A stretch of DNA of 55,699 bases, the filler included, from Basidiobolus ranarum (taxonomy: Eukaryota): the NCBI GenBank assembly GCA_040143965.1. It is 5 parts of 5 records of this genome, joined end to end, with 100 filler letters (N's around TTAATTAATTAA, not from the genome) between each part and the next. Parts side by side here need not be neighbours in the genome. Positions count along the whole stretch, not along the records: positions 11,180 to 22,241 come from JASJQH010007516.1; positions 22,342 to 33,401 come from JASJQH010007517.1; 3 more parts are not named here. One strand, written 5' to 3'. Positions 14,350 to 27,386 of the stretch are shown here, one piece after another. Positions within the stretch are counted from its first letter, which is position 1. The number at the start of each line of letters is the position of its first letter. A model generated the notes under the pieces. It had not been told where the DNA came from. It made no database searches and saw only the letters and a list, made by a program, of their open reading frames with translations. The position numbers and the translations under genes are program-made.

Positions 14350-15060
14350 TGTGACCCACTACCAAGTTTTTCTATATGCTTGACAGGGCAATATTAGTTG
14401 GTTATGAAAGTAAACACAGTGCCTTTCTGTCTCTCTATACTGGGTAATAATGCTTGTAAAGCTCTTTTTATTTTTAGCTCAGTTAATTTTATAATTTTGA
14501 AACAGTAGAGTCTACCTAATCCTTTTTTATCTCTTAATGCACACCAATATATATTGTATTTCTATAGTTTGATATAAAATGTTCCCAGCAGGGTTTTATC
14601 TTTCATTAATCTGTAAAACACTGGTTCAAAGTAAAATTGGCCCCAAACAATACTTTTAGTAGCTCTGAGAAAAATCTTTTTACCATTGGTTCATATGTGT
14701 ATGAAAAAATCCAAAAAGACCTTTAGCACTGAGATAATGCATTGTCTTTTATATCCCATCTGAGCTGTCTGTATGGATTAGTAATATATCTTACTTGGCT
14801 AAAAATTTTAGCACCAAGTTGGACTGAAAACCAGTATCAATCTTCTGTAATATTATCTTTTAAAGTACCAATAGGTTGTCACCAGTTAGTTAATATTTGC
14901 TACATATATTCTTAATATCCATCTTTCCCAAGCACCATCCATAATTTTGAATACTTAGTCTTTACTCTATATCTTGGCTACCTCAAGACAGGATGAATGC
15001 ATTAGAAAAAACTCTATCTTGTACCCACATCCCCAATATTCAAATTTGAAATATTTTTAT
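14350..15060 (-). mobile_element. Highly degraded repeat, possibly a Ty3/gypsy RNase H remnant
   Basis: CpG-free. Minus-strand fragments LIHTDSSDG..ALSQ and WEHFISNY loosely resemble gypsy RNase H motifs. Many stops. Confidence 0.25.
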
Positions 15061-15129
15061 ATCTACAGAAATGGTAAGACATAGTACATATATGTGTGTG
15101 TATATTGTGTTCTTCATGTAAATAAATAG

Positions 15130-15921
15130 TTAAAAGGTATAGAATAGCCATATACTCCTTGTACATAACTTATAGATTCCAAATGAATGCTCTATTTTCA
15201 TTTCAAGAAACACTTACTTGGTTAGAAACAGATCAAAGTGTGATTCATAATGTATGTATTTTAGGCAAATATCCACAGTACCTTTCAAATATCTGAAAAT
15301 TTGCTTAATTGCTATGATTTGATCAGATCTATAATTTTGAAGATATTAGCATGTAACTCCCATTGAATATGCTAAATCTGGCCATGTTCCAATCACAATA
15401 CACATTAACTACCAACCATAAATTTGATAAGGAAAATTCTGGCTTAAATTTGAATCCAAGAATATCAGATTTGAGCCATTTTTGGTCAAGTTAAGATTTT
15501 CTCCATTGAGGCAGATACTGGATTATATGCTTTCATTTCAAACCTCTTTAGTATATCTAGGATATACTTAGACCGGCTTAAAGTTACTGTTTTTGTAGTT
15601 GTGTCTATCTGAATTTGGATTGCAAGACAATATATCATTTCACCAAGATCCATCATTTTGAATTTGGCAGACAAATAGGATTTGATTCTCTCCAAAGTCT
15701 TTGAGTTGTTGGTTGCTATCACAAGGTCATCTGCATACAAGGCTAACAAAGATGATTTTCTCATACTTTAGTTAGCATTACTATTTTGGACTTTAAGTGT
15801 TTCCAAAAAAGTGTCTACCTTGCTATTCCAAGCTCTTCAAAATTGTTTTAAGCTGTATAGTGTTTTCTGGAGTCCGCAAACTTTTATAGGGCTCACTTTG
15901 TCCACAAATCTATCTGGCTGA
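15130..15921 (-). pseudogene. Ty1/copia reverse transcriptase and RNase H remnant
   Basis: QPDRFVD..VCGLQKTLYSLKQF*RAW, LYADDLVI, KMMDLGE, TWPDLAY, IFRYLKGT and EYMA, with stops and frameshifts. Confidence 0.9.
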
Positions 15922-16270
15922 TGTTGAAATTAGCATTGCCTTAACATCCATATAGTCATATATAGCTTAGTATTTAGTAATCTTATATTTCACTAATATA
16001 TTATCTATATTGCTCAATTGGAATTTTCTTAGAATATTTTTACCAACTTAAAAGCTATCAGAGATATAGGTTTTTTCAAACTTTAGCTAGAAGCCCCAAA
16101 CTTTCCACAAATGCTCCTGGGACCTTCCTTAACTTATTCTACATATCAGTTTGCTTACAACTTGACAAAACTATAAATATCAACTTTCTACTCAATAAAT
16201 CAATAAGTGAAAACCACCAATTCCTCTGATTCTCTAAACCACTTCCAACAGGCTCCCAAAGACTTAAACA
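15922..16270 (+). mobile_element. Complete copia LTR, inverted relative to the host element and lying between gag and RT
   Basis: TGTTG...AACA termini. Homologous to the reverse complement of 16788-17123 and 18088-18408. Flanks GCTGA and AAAAC do not form a TSD. Confidence 0.88.
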
Positions 16271-16756
16271 AAAACTTATCTGGTAGGCTATTCAGGACTG
16301 TAACTACAATATCTTGATCAGTAGCAGGTACTCTAGTGTATTCTGTTTCAATTACCAAAATAGTGACTCTTATAACTAGTGATTTAATGTCTTCTCCATG
16401 CTTCATCTTTAAATTAAAGAATTGTCTTGTTAGAAACAAGTTGTTGGTAGTAGACATGCTTGGTAGTTGTCTTCCAAGGATTTCCATACCTTCTTGGCAG
16501 TTTGAGCAATCAAACATTGAATTCGCAATTTGTCTTGAATTTTAAGATAAATTTTGTTAAAGGAACTTGGTTCTTTTTTAGCCTGGAGTAAAACTTTGGT
16601 TTCAAATAGTTTTGCATTGTTTTCTTTTCCTACAGCAGCTTCCCAAAGTTCTCTTTCTTGTAGCAGCATTATTATTCTAATCTTCCAAACTTGATAATTG
16701 GTTCTATCCAAATTTTTGGAAGAGGGAAAAGCTCCAGAAATTTGGAACTTAGACAT
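16271..16756 (-). pseudogene. Copia gag N-terminal part, frameshifted
   Basis: LDRTNYQVWKIRIIMLLQERELWE, AQTAKKVWKSL, then after a frameshift FFNLKMKHGEDI..VLNSLPDKF. The ATG is about 30 nt after the LTR. Confidence 0.88.
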
Positions 16757-16787
16757 TACACAGAGTGCAAGCTTGGGGCTTATAGGA

Positions 16788-17123
16788 TGTTAAAGTATTT
16801 GGGAGTCTGTTGGAAGTGGTGTGGAGAATTAGTGAAATTGGTGTTTTCACTTGTTGATTTATTGAATAGAAAGAAGATATTTAGAGTTTTGTCAAGATAT
16901 AAGCAAACAAATGTGTACATTCTGTTAGGAAAGGTTCCAGGAACATGTGTGCAAGTTTGGGGCTTCTAACACAAGTTCAAAAGACCTATATATCTGAGAA
17001 CTTCTAAGTTGGTGAAAATAGTATAAGTAAATTCCAATTGAGAATAATGGGTAATTTCATAATTAAATATAAAATAACTAAGTACTGAGCTATATATATG
17101 TTTAGGGAGTGCTAATTTCAACA
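16788..17123 (-). mobile_element. 5' LTR of the decayed copia element, followed by a degenerate PBS
   Basis: TGTTGAAATTAGCAC...TTTAACA on the minus strand, then TCCTATAAGCCCC (a decayed GGTTATGAGCCCC) and the gag ATG. Confidence 0.88.
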
Positions 17124-18087
17124 AGCATAAGCTAAAAAAGTCAAATACTCATGTACATCAGAAGATTTTGCACATTTAACACACACAAGTTGTAAGATTT
17201 GGTAGTTTCATTGAAGGTATTAGAGTTCAATTATTTCACTTTTGAATGGCTTCCAACATAATAGGTTTTGATGATTCCATTTTTCCATGTTATGCACCAA
17301 TATACAAAGTTACTTAACTTATGACATCTCTATAAAACTTGCATAAGTGTATGTTTAGTTTATCACCAATGTTAATAAGTCATGTGACTTTATCCAGTGA
17401 ATCTAACATGTAACTCAACACATTACTTATCCCATATGTCAGATCATAAGCCTATCATATGATCATTATCCAATTAGTACTGACTGCGGAGTCATGTGCC
17501 AAGACACAAGTCAATATGATTCACAAGAATCATAAGCAATGATCTTTCACTGCCAACACTTCAGTTAATACATAACTCACTTATATATCTAACTATTGAT
17601 CCATCCAATGATATTCTCTTTTATCAGAATTAGTCATCTATTATCTTGGTTCTAACTGATTCACTTTGCTATCAAAGAGTATAAATAAAGCTAACTGGAT
17701 CTTTTGGTTTAGTGTGTGTCTCAATGAATTTGATATTCCCTGCTCATTTCTATCAAAGTCTATATCTACTAGCATATACAGAACACCAAGCCTAGCTGCC
17801 TTGCAAACCTACTCCCTTTGATAATATAGCAACCCACTGCTATTGCTAAGATATAAATTAGTTAGATCTGCTTTGCTAATATCTCCTGCTTAAATAGTTC
17901 TAAGATTCTGCACTTGACTGTTTCTTTGGTTCAGTAAATTTCAAGATTTTTATCTACTTTTCTCTTGGATGTAACATTCCTCCTAAGATAAGTTTACAAT
18001 GGTCCATATTCTCAAATAAAACAAATCTTGTATCCCTGACAGTGATAATCTACCAAACTACCATTGCCAATAGTCAAAAGCAGTAAT

Positions 18088-18408
18088 TGTTGGAGTATTT
18101 GGGATCCTGTTGGAAGTGATTTGGAGAAATTGGAGGTTTTTACTTATCAATGTATTAAGTAGAAAGTGGATATTTATACTTTTGTCAAGATGTAAACAAA
18201 GTAGTGCATGGAATGTGTTAAGGAAGGTCCCAGGAACATGTTTGCAAGGTTAGGAGCTTCTAGCACAAGTGATCAAAATCTATATATCTTCAAACTTCTA
18301 AGTAAATTCCAATAATGAATTATGGGCAATATCTTAGTTCAATATTGGATAACTAAATAATAAGTTATATATGACTATATAGGTGCTTAGGCAATGCTAA
18401 TTTCAACA
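18088..18408 (-). mobile_element. Solo LTR with a 5-bp target-site duplication
   Basis: TGTTG..CAACA termini, with GTAAT on both sides (18083-18087 and 18409-18413). Same family as the other LTRs. Confidence 0.92.
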
Positions 18409-19489
18409 GTAATGCTATGGTAGAGATTTTTAGTATTATTAAGAGTTATAGAAAGGGTCCCATAGCTTACTGCTAAAGTCGGGTTTGTTGAAAGAGTTTG
18501 TAAAATGTGGAATTATTGGCATTTAAAGGTACTTAACTAAGCCTGAAATCTTTTATATCAACTTGAAGGTATCATATCCTTCTACTACAGTTCCTTACAA
18601 GTGCATCAAAGTCAGAAATTATACTTGATTAACAAAGCTTGCCATATGCCAGTATCTCAAATGCAAACCATAACAGTTGGTAGTTTTTATCCCTCCCTGC
18701 TACCCCTGGATAGTTCATTCTTGCCTCCCCGCAACTATCCCCTCGTTATATTTAATACATTTAGGAACATTATGAGTAATTGATAACTTAGTTTGGGTTA
18801 GGGTTGGGTTTTTACCCCTTTCGTACATGGTGGCAGAGAAACCACTTCCGTGACAAAAGCAGGCCACATGGCGAAATAGCTCCTTACATAATCCACAACA
18901 CATCCTATATTGGTTTCTCTTGTTAGTAAATTCAGAACCTTCCCTTACCAATGCTCTAGCTTATTTCATATCCTGATATAGCATCTTTTTACCATACGGA
19001 ACGAATATGCTAAAATATGAACTTCCAGTGGAACAACAAAGTATAATCTTATGTAAAGCAATTAAATCTAGTATTAGAGTGGCTATAATCAGTCATATCA
19101 TATGCATGTAGAATTAAAGATCTGCATACATATTTACATCAACCTCCACAAACAATAGTCACTTCTCAGTCCTAACAGAAGCATTTACTCTCAGCTAATC
19201 TTAAAAATACCTTTCACAGCCCCCAGTCTGTGATACCCAAGCGTTGTAACACCACTTTACGGATATTTCTCCACCTATTAGCAACGGTGTCTTGTGCCAT
19301 CACGGCTGGCCCCTAGAAATGGCAAAGTGAATCACTGCAACCTTGAAGCTTAAGTATTTGTGCAACACACAATGACACAGTTGGTCGTGAGTGTTCTCTC
19401 AGTTTCTATTTGGCTTCTATCTCGTATCAAGCTGATACTACACTTATTGGCACCTGCACTCTTAACCAGATTAATAAAAGGGATCGCGC

Positions 19490-19537
19490 CTATTAGGTCA
19501 TTTGTAGATGTTGCTATCAGGTCATTTGTAGATGTTG
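19490..19537 (+). repeat. 24-bp tandem duplication
   Basis: CTATTAGGTCATTTGTAGATGTTG followed by CTATCAGGTCATTTGTAGATGTTG. Confidence 0.8.
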
Positions 19538-20348
19538 TTGCTCTCAGGTTAGTGGTTAATTTCTAGAATTGCATTAGCTAAAGCTTGAGGATTGCATATT
19601 CCTGTATAATAACGTCTTTATCCCATTTCATACATATGAGACCACAACATGGTGCCACAATCGAGAATTCAAAGAATCGATCCAAGAATCAGCTTCAGGT
19701 TCATCGACCTAATAATGCCTTGGACTTACCTCCATTTGGCCAGTCGGAAGCATAGAGCCGCAGACAAGATAGCTCACCGTCGGTTGGACCTAATGATCCA
19801 GATTTGTCAATGACGTCCGGCGATACTGTGCTGTAGATCCCTACATTCGCTTTCATTGTGCATACGACTTCTCCACTCAACTACTCGCATATTTGTTAAG
19901 CTCTTTGCCCTGATCTCTGGATGAATCGTCTAAACAGATCTTGTCAGTGTTGCAGAAGAGCATCGGCAACGCCTCAGCTATTTAGGGTTTTATTGTTTCT
20001 TTACATTTGCCAGCTCAGATACAAGGAATTCAATCTAACCAGCCAGAAAAGAGCAAGGATTTGGTTTCACAATGGTTGCATTCAAGAATCGTGGGAGTAC
20101 ATTATTTCAAGTTAGTGGGCAATTCATTCTCTCGGTGGTGTTCTTATTAGTAGAGTGGCCAAATCGGGATGAATAGTCTTGTTTCTGGGCTATACTATTT
20201 TCATTCCAGTTTTCATAACAAATTTCGATAGATTCGGAATCTGAACCACTACTTCTACTGCCCTCATCACCAACAAAAAGTTCAGTGCAATTTTTCATCG
20301 CGAATTAGCTCTTTGCATTGACTGATACATGTCTCATAATTTCATCTA

Positions 20349-22241
20349 ATGACTACTGGGAATTTTCTTAGCGATTCTTCTTTAGCTGAAGAGCAAGATC
20401 CCTCTGCTAACCAGGATGCTTTATCTCCTTCTGCTGACTTCGTTGATGAAAAACCAAAGCCAGAGAAACAAGACACTGTTTTGAACAACACAGCTACTGT
20501 AATAACTTTGAAGGACCTAACTTTAACATTATCTTACCAACCACCCAAACTCGCTTGGTTTCCATATGCACTTCCTTATCTTCGAGAGCAACGAGTCACT
20601 CAAACTATCTTCCGAGGTGTCACCATCACATTTGAACCTGGCTTGGTTCATGGAATCCTTGGTGCATCAGGCTCAGGAAAAACCTCATTACTGAATTGTC
20701 TTTCAGGTCGTATTCACTCTTCCGATAAAGTTTCCGATCCATCACAAGATTCTGTATGGTCACGATTTCTGTCCCCTCCTCGTGTTTCTCTTACTGGACA
20801 ATTGAGTATTGAGCCCACCTCGGCCAAAATCTGCTATGTGACTCAACAAGATTTTCTTATGCCTTACTTGACGGTACGAGAGACTTTAACTTACGCAGCC
20901 AGGCTACAAGCTAATCATAGCTCAAGAGAGATTGCAGAGCAAGTCGACCGCATTATAGTCGAACTTGGTTTAGTAGATTGCGCAGAGGTTTTAATTGGGG
21001 ATACTCGAGTTCGTGGTTGCTCTGGTGGTCAGCGGCGACGCGTTTCTATTGGAGTACAAATGCTCACTAATCCTGCTATCCTCATTCTGGATGAACCCAC
21101 TTCTGGATTAGACGCCTTCACAGCTAAAACCATTGTAGAAACACTACATTATCTAGCGCGTAAAAGAGGAACGATGGTCATCGTCACCGTCCATCAACCC
21201 CGATCTCAAATATTTTCGTTGTTGGATACCGTGACTTTAGTGTCCAGCGGACGTATCGTCTACACGGGTAGTCAACCGGTTTCCTATTTTACGTCTAGGG
21301 GATACACCTGCCCACTGGATGTTAATCCAGCAGATTATCTACTCGACCTCGTTGCTGTCGATTTTCGATCGTTTGAGGCTGCTGCTCAGTCTAAAATTCT
21401 CATTGAGCGACTTGCGGATGATTTCAGCCAAACCCAAAGTATCCAGACCAAAGAAAACGATAGCCCAGCGCAGCCCAGTAACAAGAAAGTTCACCAGACT
21501 CGTAGTTATCCCTCATCCCTTTTTGTCCAAATCAAAACCCTTACATCACGTACATTCACCAATCTTCGGCGAGACCGTATGTCATTACTGGGCTGCTTCT
21601 TGGAAGCGTTGATTATGAGCCTGGTTACGGGATTTCTGTTCCTCAACTTGGACAACTCTTTATCGGGCATTCAGTCTCGCATTGGCGTCATTTACATCAG
21701 TAGCTCTATTCATCCATATCTGATTATTGTGTACTCTGTTTACCGAATTGCACACACGATACCCGCATTTGACCGTGATCGCCAGGATAAACTTTATTCG
21801 CCGTTTGCTTACTTGGCTTCTCAGTTGATTGCCTATTGTCCCCTTGATGTTTTCTTCCCGGCCATGTTCGGTGCTATCATTTACTTTATGGCTGGCCTTA
21901 GAACAGATGGTACTGCCGCGTGGCACTTTTGGGTATGGCTATACACCATGGTTCTCAATCAATATATTGCCATCTGGCTCTCATCTTTTTGTGTTGCTGT
22001 CATTCGCGATTACCCTACGGCCTCTTTGATGGCCAATTCACTGGTCACTTTTGCAGGTTTATCTTGCGGATTTTTCGTTCAGATTGATACAATTCCGGTT
22101 TATTTATCTTGGATCAAGCACATTTCATTCGTCTACTACCCATTTAGATTGCTCATCACGAATGAATTCACTGACCACAATTTCCCATGCCCTTTGCCCG
22201 ATCAGAACAACCCCGAGTGCCTTCGATACAAGGGCGAGTAT
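20349..22241 (+). CDS. ABCG transporter (NBD-TMD; possibly the first half of a YOL075C-like full transporter), truncated by the contig end
   Basis: Walker A GASGSGKTS, signature CSGGQRRRVSIG, Walker B ILDEPTSGLD, HQPRS, and an ABC2 membrane domain. The frame is open up to the gap. Confidence 0.93.
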
Positions 22242-22341
22242 NNNNNNNNNNNNNNNNNNNNNNNNNNNNNNNNNNNNNNNNNNNNTTAATTAATTAANNN
22301 NNNNNNNNNNNNNNNNNNNNNNNNNNNNNNNNNNNNNNNNN
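22242..22341. other. Artificial contig linker
   Basis: N44-TTAATTAATTAA-N44. Confidence 0.98.
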
Positions 22342-22346
22342 TGTGG

Positions 22347-23480
22347 ATGTCCAGGATAGAGATTGATAGAGCGGTCAGTAGTACATTTATATCTTACAGA
22401 AAAATAGGGACAGACTCTGAGCAGCATAAAATGTAGTTGGAAAAGTTCAATGCTCTTCGCACAAATATTGAGAACAATATTGATATCATTCACGATATCC
22501 ACCAAGATTCGCTTGATGTGCTGGGCTCTGAGGAATCAGCAGGTATGTACTTGAATAGTGATTAGCATTGAAATATCCTGAATTCATCTATACGAGAACG
22601 ACAAATAAGAGCACTAAGTCCTCACATTATCTAGCACATTCAACAAAGTTGCGGGAATTGACTGCACAAACCACTTTCATGTTAAAGCAGAGTAAAAGTA
22701 ATCTAAAAGGTATTTACTCATTAACTGAAAACTCTTGGGCCAAACTGTCCCATCTTAATCCTTTGAAACCAACGTGCTCGTACCTTCTCAATAGATCTTC
22801 TAAATGCTCTTCAATCAGATGATGTTGAGCTTCGTCGAAGAAGGGTGGGTATTTCAACTATATGGTGGCTTAATAAATCTCTAAAGATGCTTTTTGCAGT
22901 GGGCCGGCGCTAGATTGCAACTTGAAAATACACTTACCAAATATCGAGAGACGGAGAAAACTGGGCAGGAAAATTATAAGAATATGTTAAGACGCCACTA
23001 TGCTTTGGTTAATCCTGACGCCAGCGATAAGGAAGTGGAGGAATATATCAAAAGAGACCCTAGTGGCTATGTTTTTGCTAACGCAGTAAGTGATATTAAC
23101 AGATATCCTCGGCTTAAACACCGAGATTAACGTTGGTGTCCCTTCTTCAACAGATTCTAAGACAAAATGATGCCATTCAGACCATACAGCTAGTCCAAGA
23201 TCGCCATCAAGATATGTTCGAAATTACGAGGATGATCAGTGAGTTGGATTCATTATTTAGTGAGGTGCATGAGATGGTCGAGGAGCAGCAAGAGATGATC
23301 CAACAGGTAGACGAAAAGGCTTTGATTGCCAACGATCATCTATACGATGCCAATAGTGAACTTGAGAAGAGTAAGGTGATCATGTTGAAAGCTAGCACAA
23401 AGTATCGAATAATGGCCTTAGTAGCTTTAGTGATTGTGATTGTTGTAGCAGTGATTGTGTATTTCGTACTTAAAATGTAG
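22347..23480 (+). CDS. Sso1/2-like syntaxin (Qa-SNARE), multi-exon; start uncertain at the contig edge
   Basis: RRHYALVNPDASDKEV, SNARE motif RHQDMFEITRMISELDSLF..VEEQQEMI, and a C-terminal TM segment. GT-AG introns join the exons in frame. Confidence 0.88.
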
Positions 23481-23916
23481 GGAGTTTTCTTGATTCATTT
23501 TTGTGGTTTCCTCACTTGTTGCCAACGTTTCCATCATCTCGAAATAGTTTTGAAGTGCAGTACATAATCTCCATCTTTTGGGATCAATGAGTATGGCACT
23601 TTCTCTCAGATGTGTGAGCAGATAGTAGAGTGGGCTTCACAATGAGCTTGTTCTAGTGTATCGCTGTTAATTGATCAATTACTTGTTGTCGCTCCATAAT
23701 GAATATGATGGTTTTTCAATATGTGAAGAGCGTCGACACTATTTATTAGTATTACAGGATGCAGATAGAATATATGAATTGAGAAAGTAGGAGGGCGAGC
23801 TAAATAAAAAAGTTCCCCTGAAAATCTTTTTGAACAGGGATCATCTAACTTGTTTCCAGAGTGGTATGTGAGAATAGATATGCTTATTGAGGATGAAGAA
23901 AACAAAAGGGATGAAA

Positions 23917-24290
23917 TTATATTTTTCCTTGCTCTCGAAGCTCCTGCTCTTCTTCCGACGAAAGGGTCCAAAATTCAAGGCGCTTACGATGAGCCCAGCC
24001 ACGTATCTAGAACAACCACAATTCTTCAATTTAGCTACCAGTCTATCAAAGCAAAATTCTAAACAACTTACCGGTGAAAAGCAATGATATTCCATGCCGA
24101 AATCGTGATAAAATACAAAATATCCGAATATGCCAACTGAAAAGGTGGTAGCAAAGAAGCCGATGGCTTTAGAAGCTAAAGTGGGCTTTAGAGATTCGGC
24201 AGATAATATTCTTCTTCTGTATTTTCCAATCAAACGAGGGTCTTGTATTTGCTCTCTAATAGGAGCTGTGGCTTCTTTAGGAAATGGCAT
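23917..24290 (-). CDS. Small single-TM protein of unknown function, 102 aa, 2 exons
   Basis: Exon 24290-24072, intron GTAAGT..TAG 24071-24007, exon 24006-23917. Product: ...GIFGYFVFYHDFGMEYHCFSP|IRGWAHRKRLEFWTLSSEEEQELREQGKI*. Confidence 0.75.
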
Positions 24291-25690
24291 ATTTGTAAAG
24301 AGATTTTTAAATTCAAGTGTCTGACAAATTTACGTTATCAAGTTTGTTGAGTTATTTGTTCACAGAAGCTTAACTAGCCCTTCAGGTGGACTGATGAGTG
24401 AATTTTTTTCGTGGTTAAGATTACCAATAAGATACTGTATAACTAAACATAGTTCTAATCAGTATAGATAGATTCAACTTCAAAGGTTAATGTTTATGCA
24501 TTTAAATTTCAATTGTTTTAAATAATTGTGCCTGTGGCCTGAACACAACGGGTAACAGCGATTAGCAAGTAAACTTCGGACTGCGGTGAAGATCGTAGAA
24601 GATATATGTAGCAACGCTCTAAAGCATACTTTGTAAGAAGCTCTTAATCTTTCTCAACTTTACTATCGCCTTCATTAGCTTTGATAACTAAAACTTTGAC
24701 TATTCAGAGATCGAGATTCCTGAATCTGAAGGTATTCAACCTTCAAACATTCAAAGTCGGTAATGGACACACTGTGTGACACATATTTAAAGTATACCCA
24801 AGGAGAGTGTACGCTCAGCCTGCGAAAGAAATCTAGACATTTCTTTCCACCAGAGCACCTAGAACCAAACAATCCAGTTTCATCACATTGTATCACTTGT
24901 CTAAACGAGTGGTATTTTTGGTGACTCAATAAATATCACTATAGATACAACTTCAGATGAAGTAGACACTGCATTGCCATAGAAAACTGTAGAGACAAAC
25001 ATCTGATATGGAAGATATTTTTCCAACTAAATCAACTCAGAACGCCAACTGAGATGTAAATGAGAAGCGCAGGTTCAAATATAGTGAGCTCAGTCGAAAT
25101 AAAGCGATCTGAATATCCCAGTCGAGCTTCGCTTCTCAAGAGCCCGAGTAAACTTTGTCTTCAACACTAATCAAATATCCGAATATATCTAAATGTAATT
25201 TAAATTTAATACTAGTAGGAATAATATCCCCATCACCCGATCTCGGGTTTGTACAACAATCATCTAATATTTGCATTTTCTGAATATGAATAGTGCATAA
25301 TAAACCTTTCAGGTTATAAAGATGTTCTAAGCAAGTGGGGGTATCAGTTTTTCAAAAGAAACTTTTATGCCTTTATAGTACCACGCAGGTGAACCCTAGC
25401 GTCGATTTATTCGTATCCAAAGTTGTGACATAAAGTATGTCTCCTAGACCGATAATTAATGGGTTCCTTGTGTTTAAGTATACTTGGTTAAGAAAAATGA
25501 GTATCTAAAAACATAGACGAATAGCATAAGTAAAGCTGTGAGGAATAGTTTTGGCTTCGACGATATAATTTGATGTAAACAAAATATGTGAGTATCCGAA
25601 AAAGAAAATGATATACACTTTGCTTGTAGCGGACATACACCGAAATTAGAAGGAGAAATAGCTCCGTTATATCAGTAATTGTAGGTGAAT

Positions 25691-25879
25691 TTAAACTGTA
25701 GCGACTTTGGGTAACCCAGCCACCGTAATAGGGTCTCTCTTCTCATGTGTTTGAACAGCCGGGGTAGTGATTTTTGCCAATGGGTAGATGATGCCAACTT
25801 TTTCGTTGACGAAGAGGGTGGCGAAACTCTCTTGAATATACCCGGTGCTGGCCAAAATGTTTACTCGAAGTTGATCCAT
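25691..25879 (-). CDS. Putative 62-aa small ORF
   Basis: ATG-initiated MDQLRVNILASTGYIQESF..., downstream of a TATA/CCAAT-like cluster and a pyrimidine-rich leader. No recognised homology. Confidence 0.3.
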   Translation of the reverse strand: MDQLRVNILASTGYIQESFATLFVNEKVGIIYPLAKITTPAVQTHEKRDPITVAGLPKVATV

Positions 25880-26101
25880 GTCTTTCGCAGGTTGTACCAA
25901 TGAATTGAATTTGGAGAGAGGGAGAATTCAAGTTGAGATACTCTTTAGGTACGTAGCAGAGAAGTAAATTTCAGGTGGTGAACGAGTCGGAAAGTAACGA
26001 TGCTTCTGCCACGGATGTTTGAAACGCAAGAGATATACTATTACTGAGAGTGGATTTAGGAACTCCCAAGCTGGTAAGGAAATTCAGGATCCTCGTGGTG
26101 C

Positions 26102-26146
26102 CTTTTATAACAAAGGACTCAGTCATTGGCCTTGTAGGCACACGTG
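26102..26146 (-). promoter_or_regulatory. Putative core promoter: CACGTG, CCAAT, TATAAAAG
   Basis: The minus strand reads CACGTG..GGCCAATGACTGAGTCC..TATAAAAG within 45 nt. Confidence 0.35.
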
Positions 26147-27386
26147 ATGCATCGGGTTCGCTCCTACCAAGAAATATAAGGGTAATTTAACAGAAACGGG
26201 AATTCTGCAGATAATGGATTAAAAACCGAGAGGTGCAACAGTTGCAAGTAAATTGATTTTAGGTAGAAATCATTCTAATGCAGGATCGATTGACTTTCTA
26301 CTTTAAAAAGCAAGGACATTATCCTATTCTCTATATTGATAGACTTTAGTGTCACAGATGTTTAGCTTGGATTTACTCTTATGTTTAGCCGCTCTTGTAT
26401 GAAGTCCAAGTTTGCATATGCACATGATTTCAGGGGTTAAATTATACAATAAATGTAATATTATATTTATCAATGAACAGAACGGATAGTCAAGCTAAAC
26501 GTTCTAATGTGAACTTCGAGGTACAGCCGGCTTCTCAATGCTTGCGAAAATATCGTTCACTAGCAGCAGCATCCAATATGATTGACCTTTGTTGATGATA
26601 TCTGAATGAGAGCCTCTTTAAAATACTAACCAATATAGAAGTTTGACTACAACCACACAACTACCTTCAATATTGGCCTATTGACGAGCTAATTTCAACG
26701 GTTTGAACATATGGATATTATAAACCACGAAGTATCAATTTAAGCGATAAATGAATGCTTGCGTAAAGAAAATGCGACCAAATTTAAAACTCGACCATGT
26801 AGATTTCTCGTTGTTCCTTTCATGTGTCCGCTTCAGGGACACTTGCAGAAAATGATCAATTATCCTAAAGAAACATGTAGAGTTGGCACTAATAATACGG
26901 CCACATGCAAGCATTGCTTGAAATCCAATGTTTTCTTGATCTCGAGCCCGCATTCGATTCACTCAGCACCCAATCACTATGAAAGTTCATAATAAATTAA
27001 CTCATATACACTTTGTTTCGATTAATCCATAAGCAGCTTCAACAATGTCACTATTGAAATGATTCATAGAGAATTATTTGCATTGATACCTAATGTGCGA
27101 AGAAGTAACAATGGAGCCAAGTTGAGACAGAATAATCATTTAAGTAGTCTATATTGAGGTCAACACTTATTTATAGCTCTGAAACGGTGAATATCTGTTG
27201 CTCAAAGTAATATAATCCGCAGAATGGCACAGGTTGATAAAGAATGGTAATTTAATAAACAGATATTTTGGTTGAAAATACAGAGTTTACAATAAAATAA
27301 TCTAGATTTTAGTATTAGAATAGAGCTAGATATAGTTAAGGAAGCGCTACAAAAATACTGTACGCTGAGATAGAGATAATACATAA

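Noticed and set aside
17124-18087. Penelope-like TSIYR fragment within CpG-free DNA
   Set aside because: One short motif among stops. Probably a TE relic, but the family cannot be assigned.
26759-26992. KFKTRPCRF..CP resembling a CCCH zinc finger
   Set aside because: The third Cys and the His are not correctly spaced, and there is no supporting gene structure.
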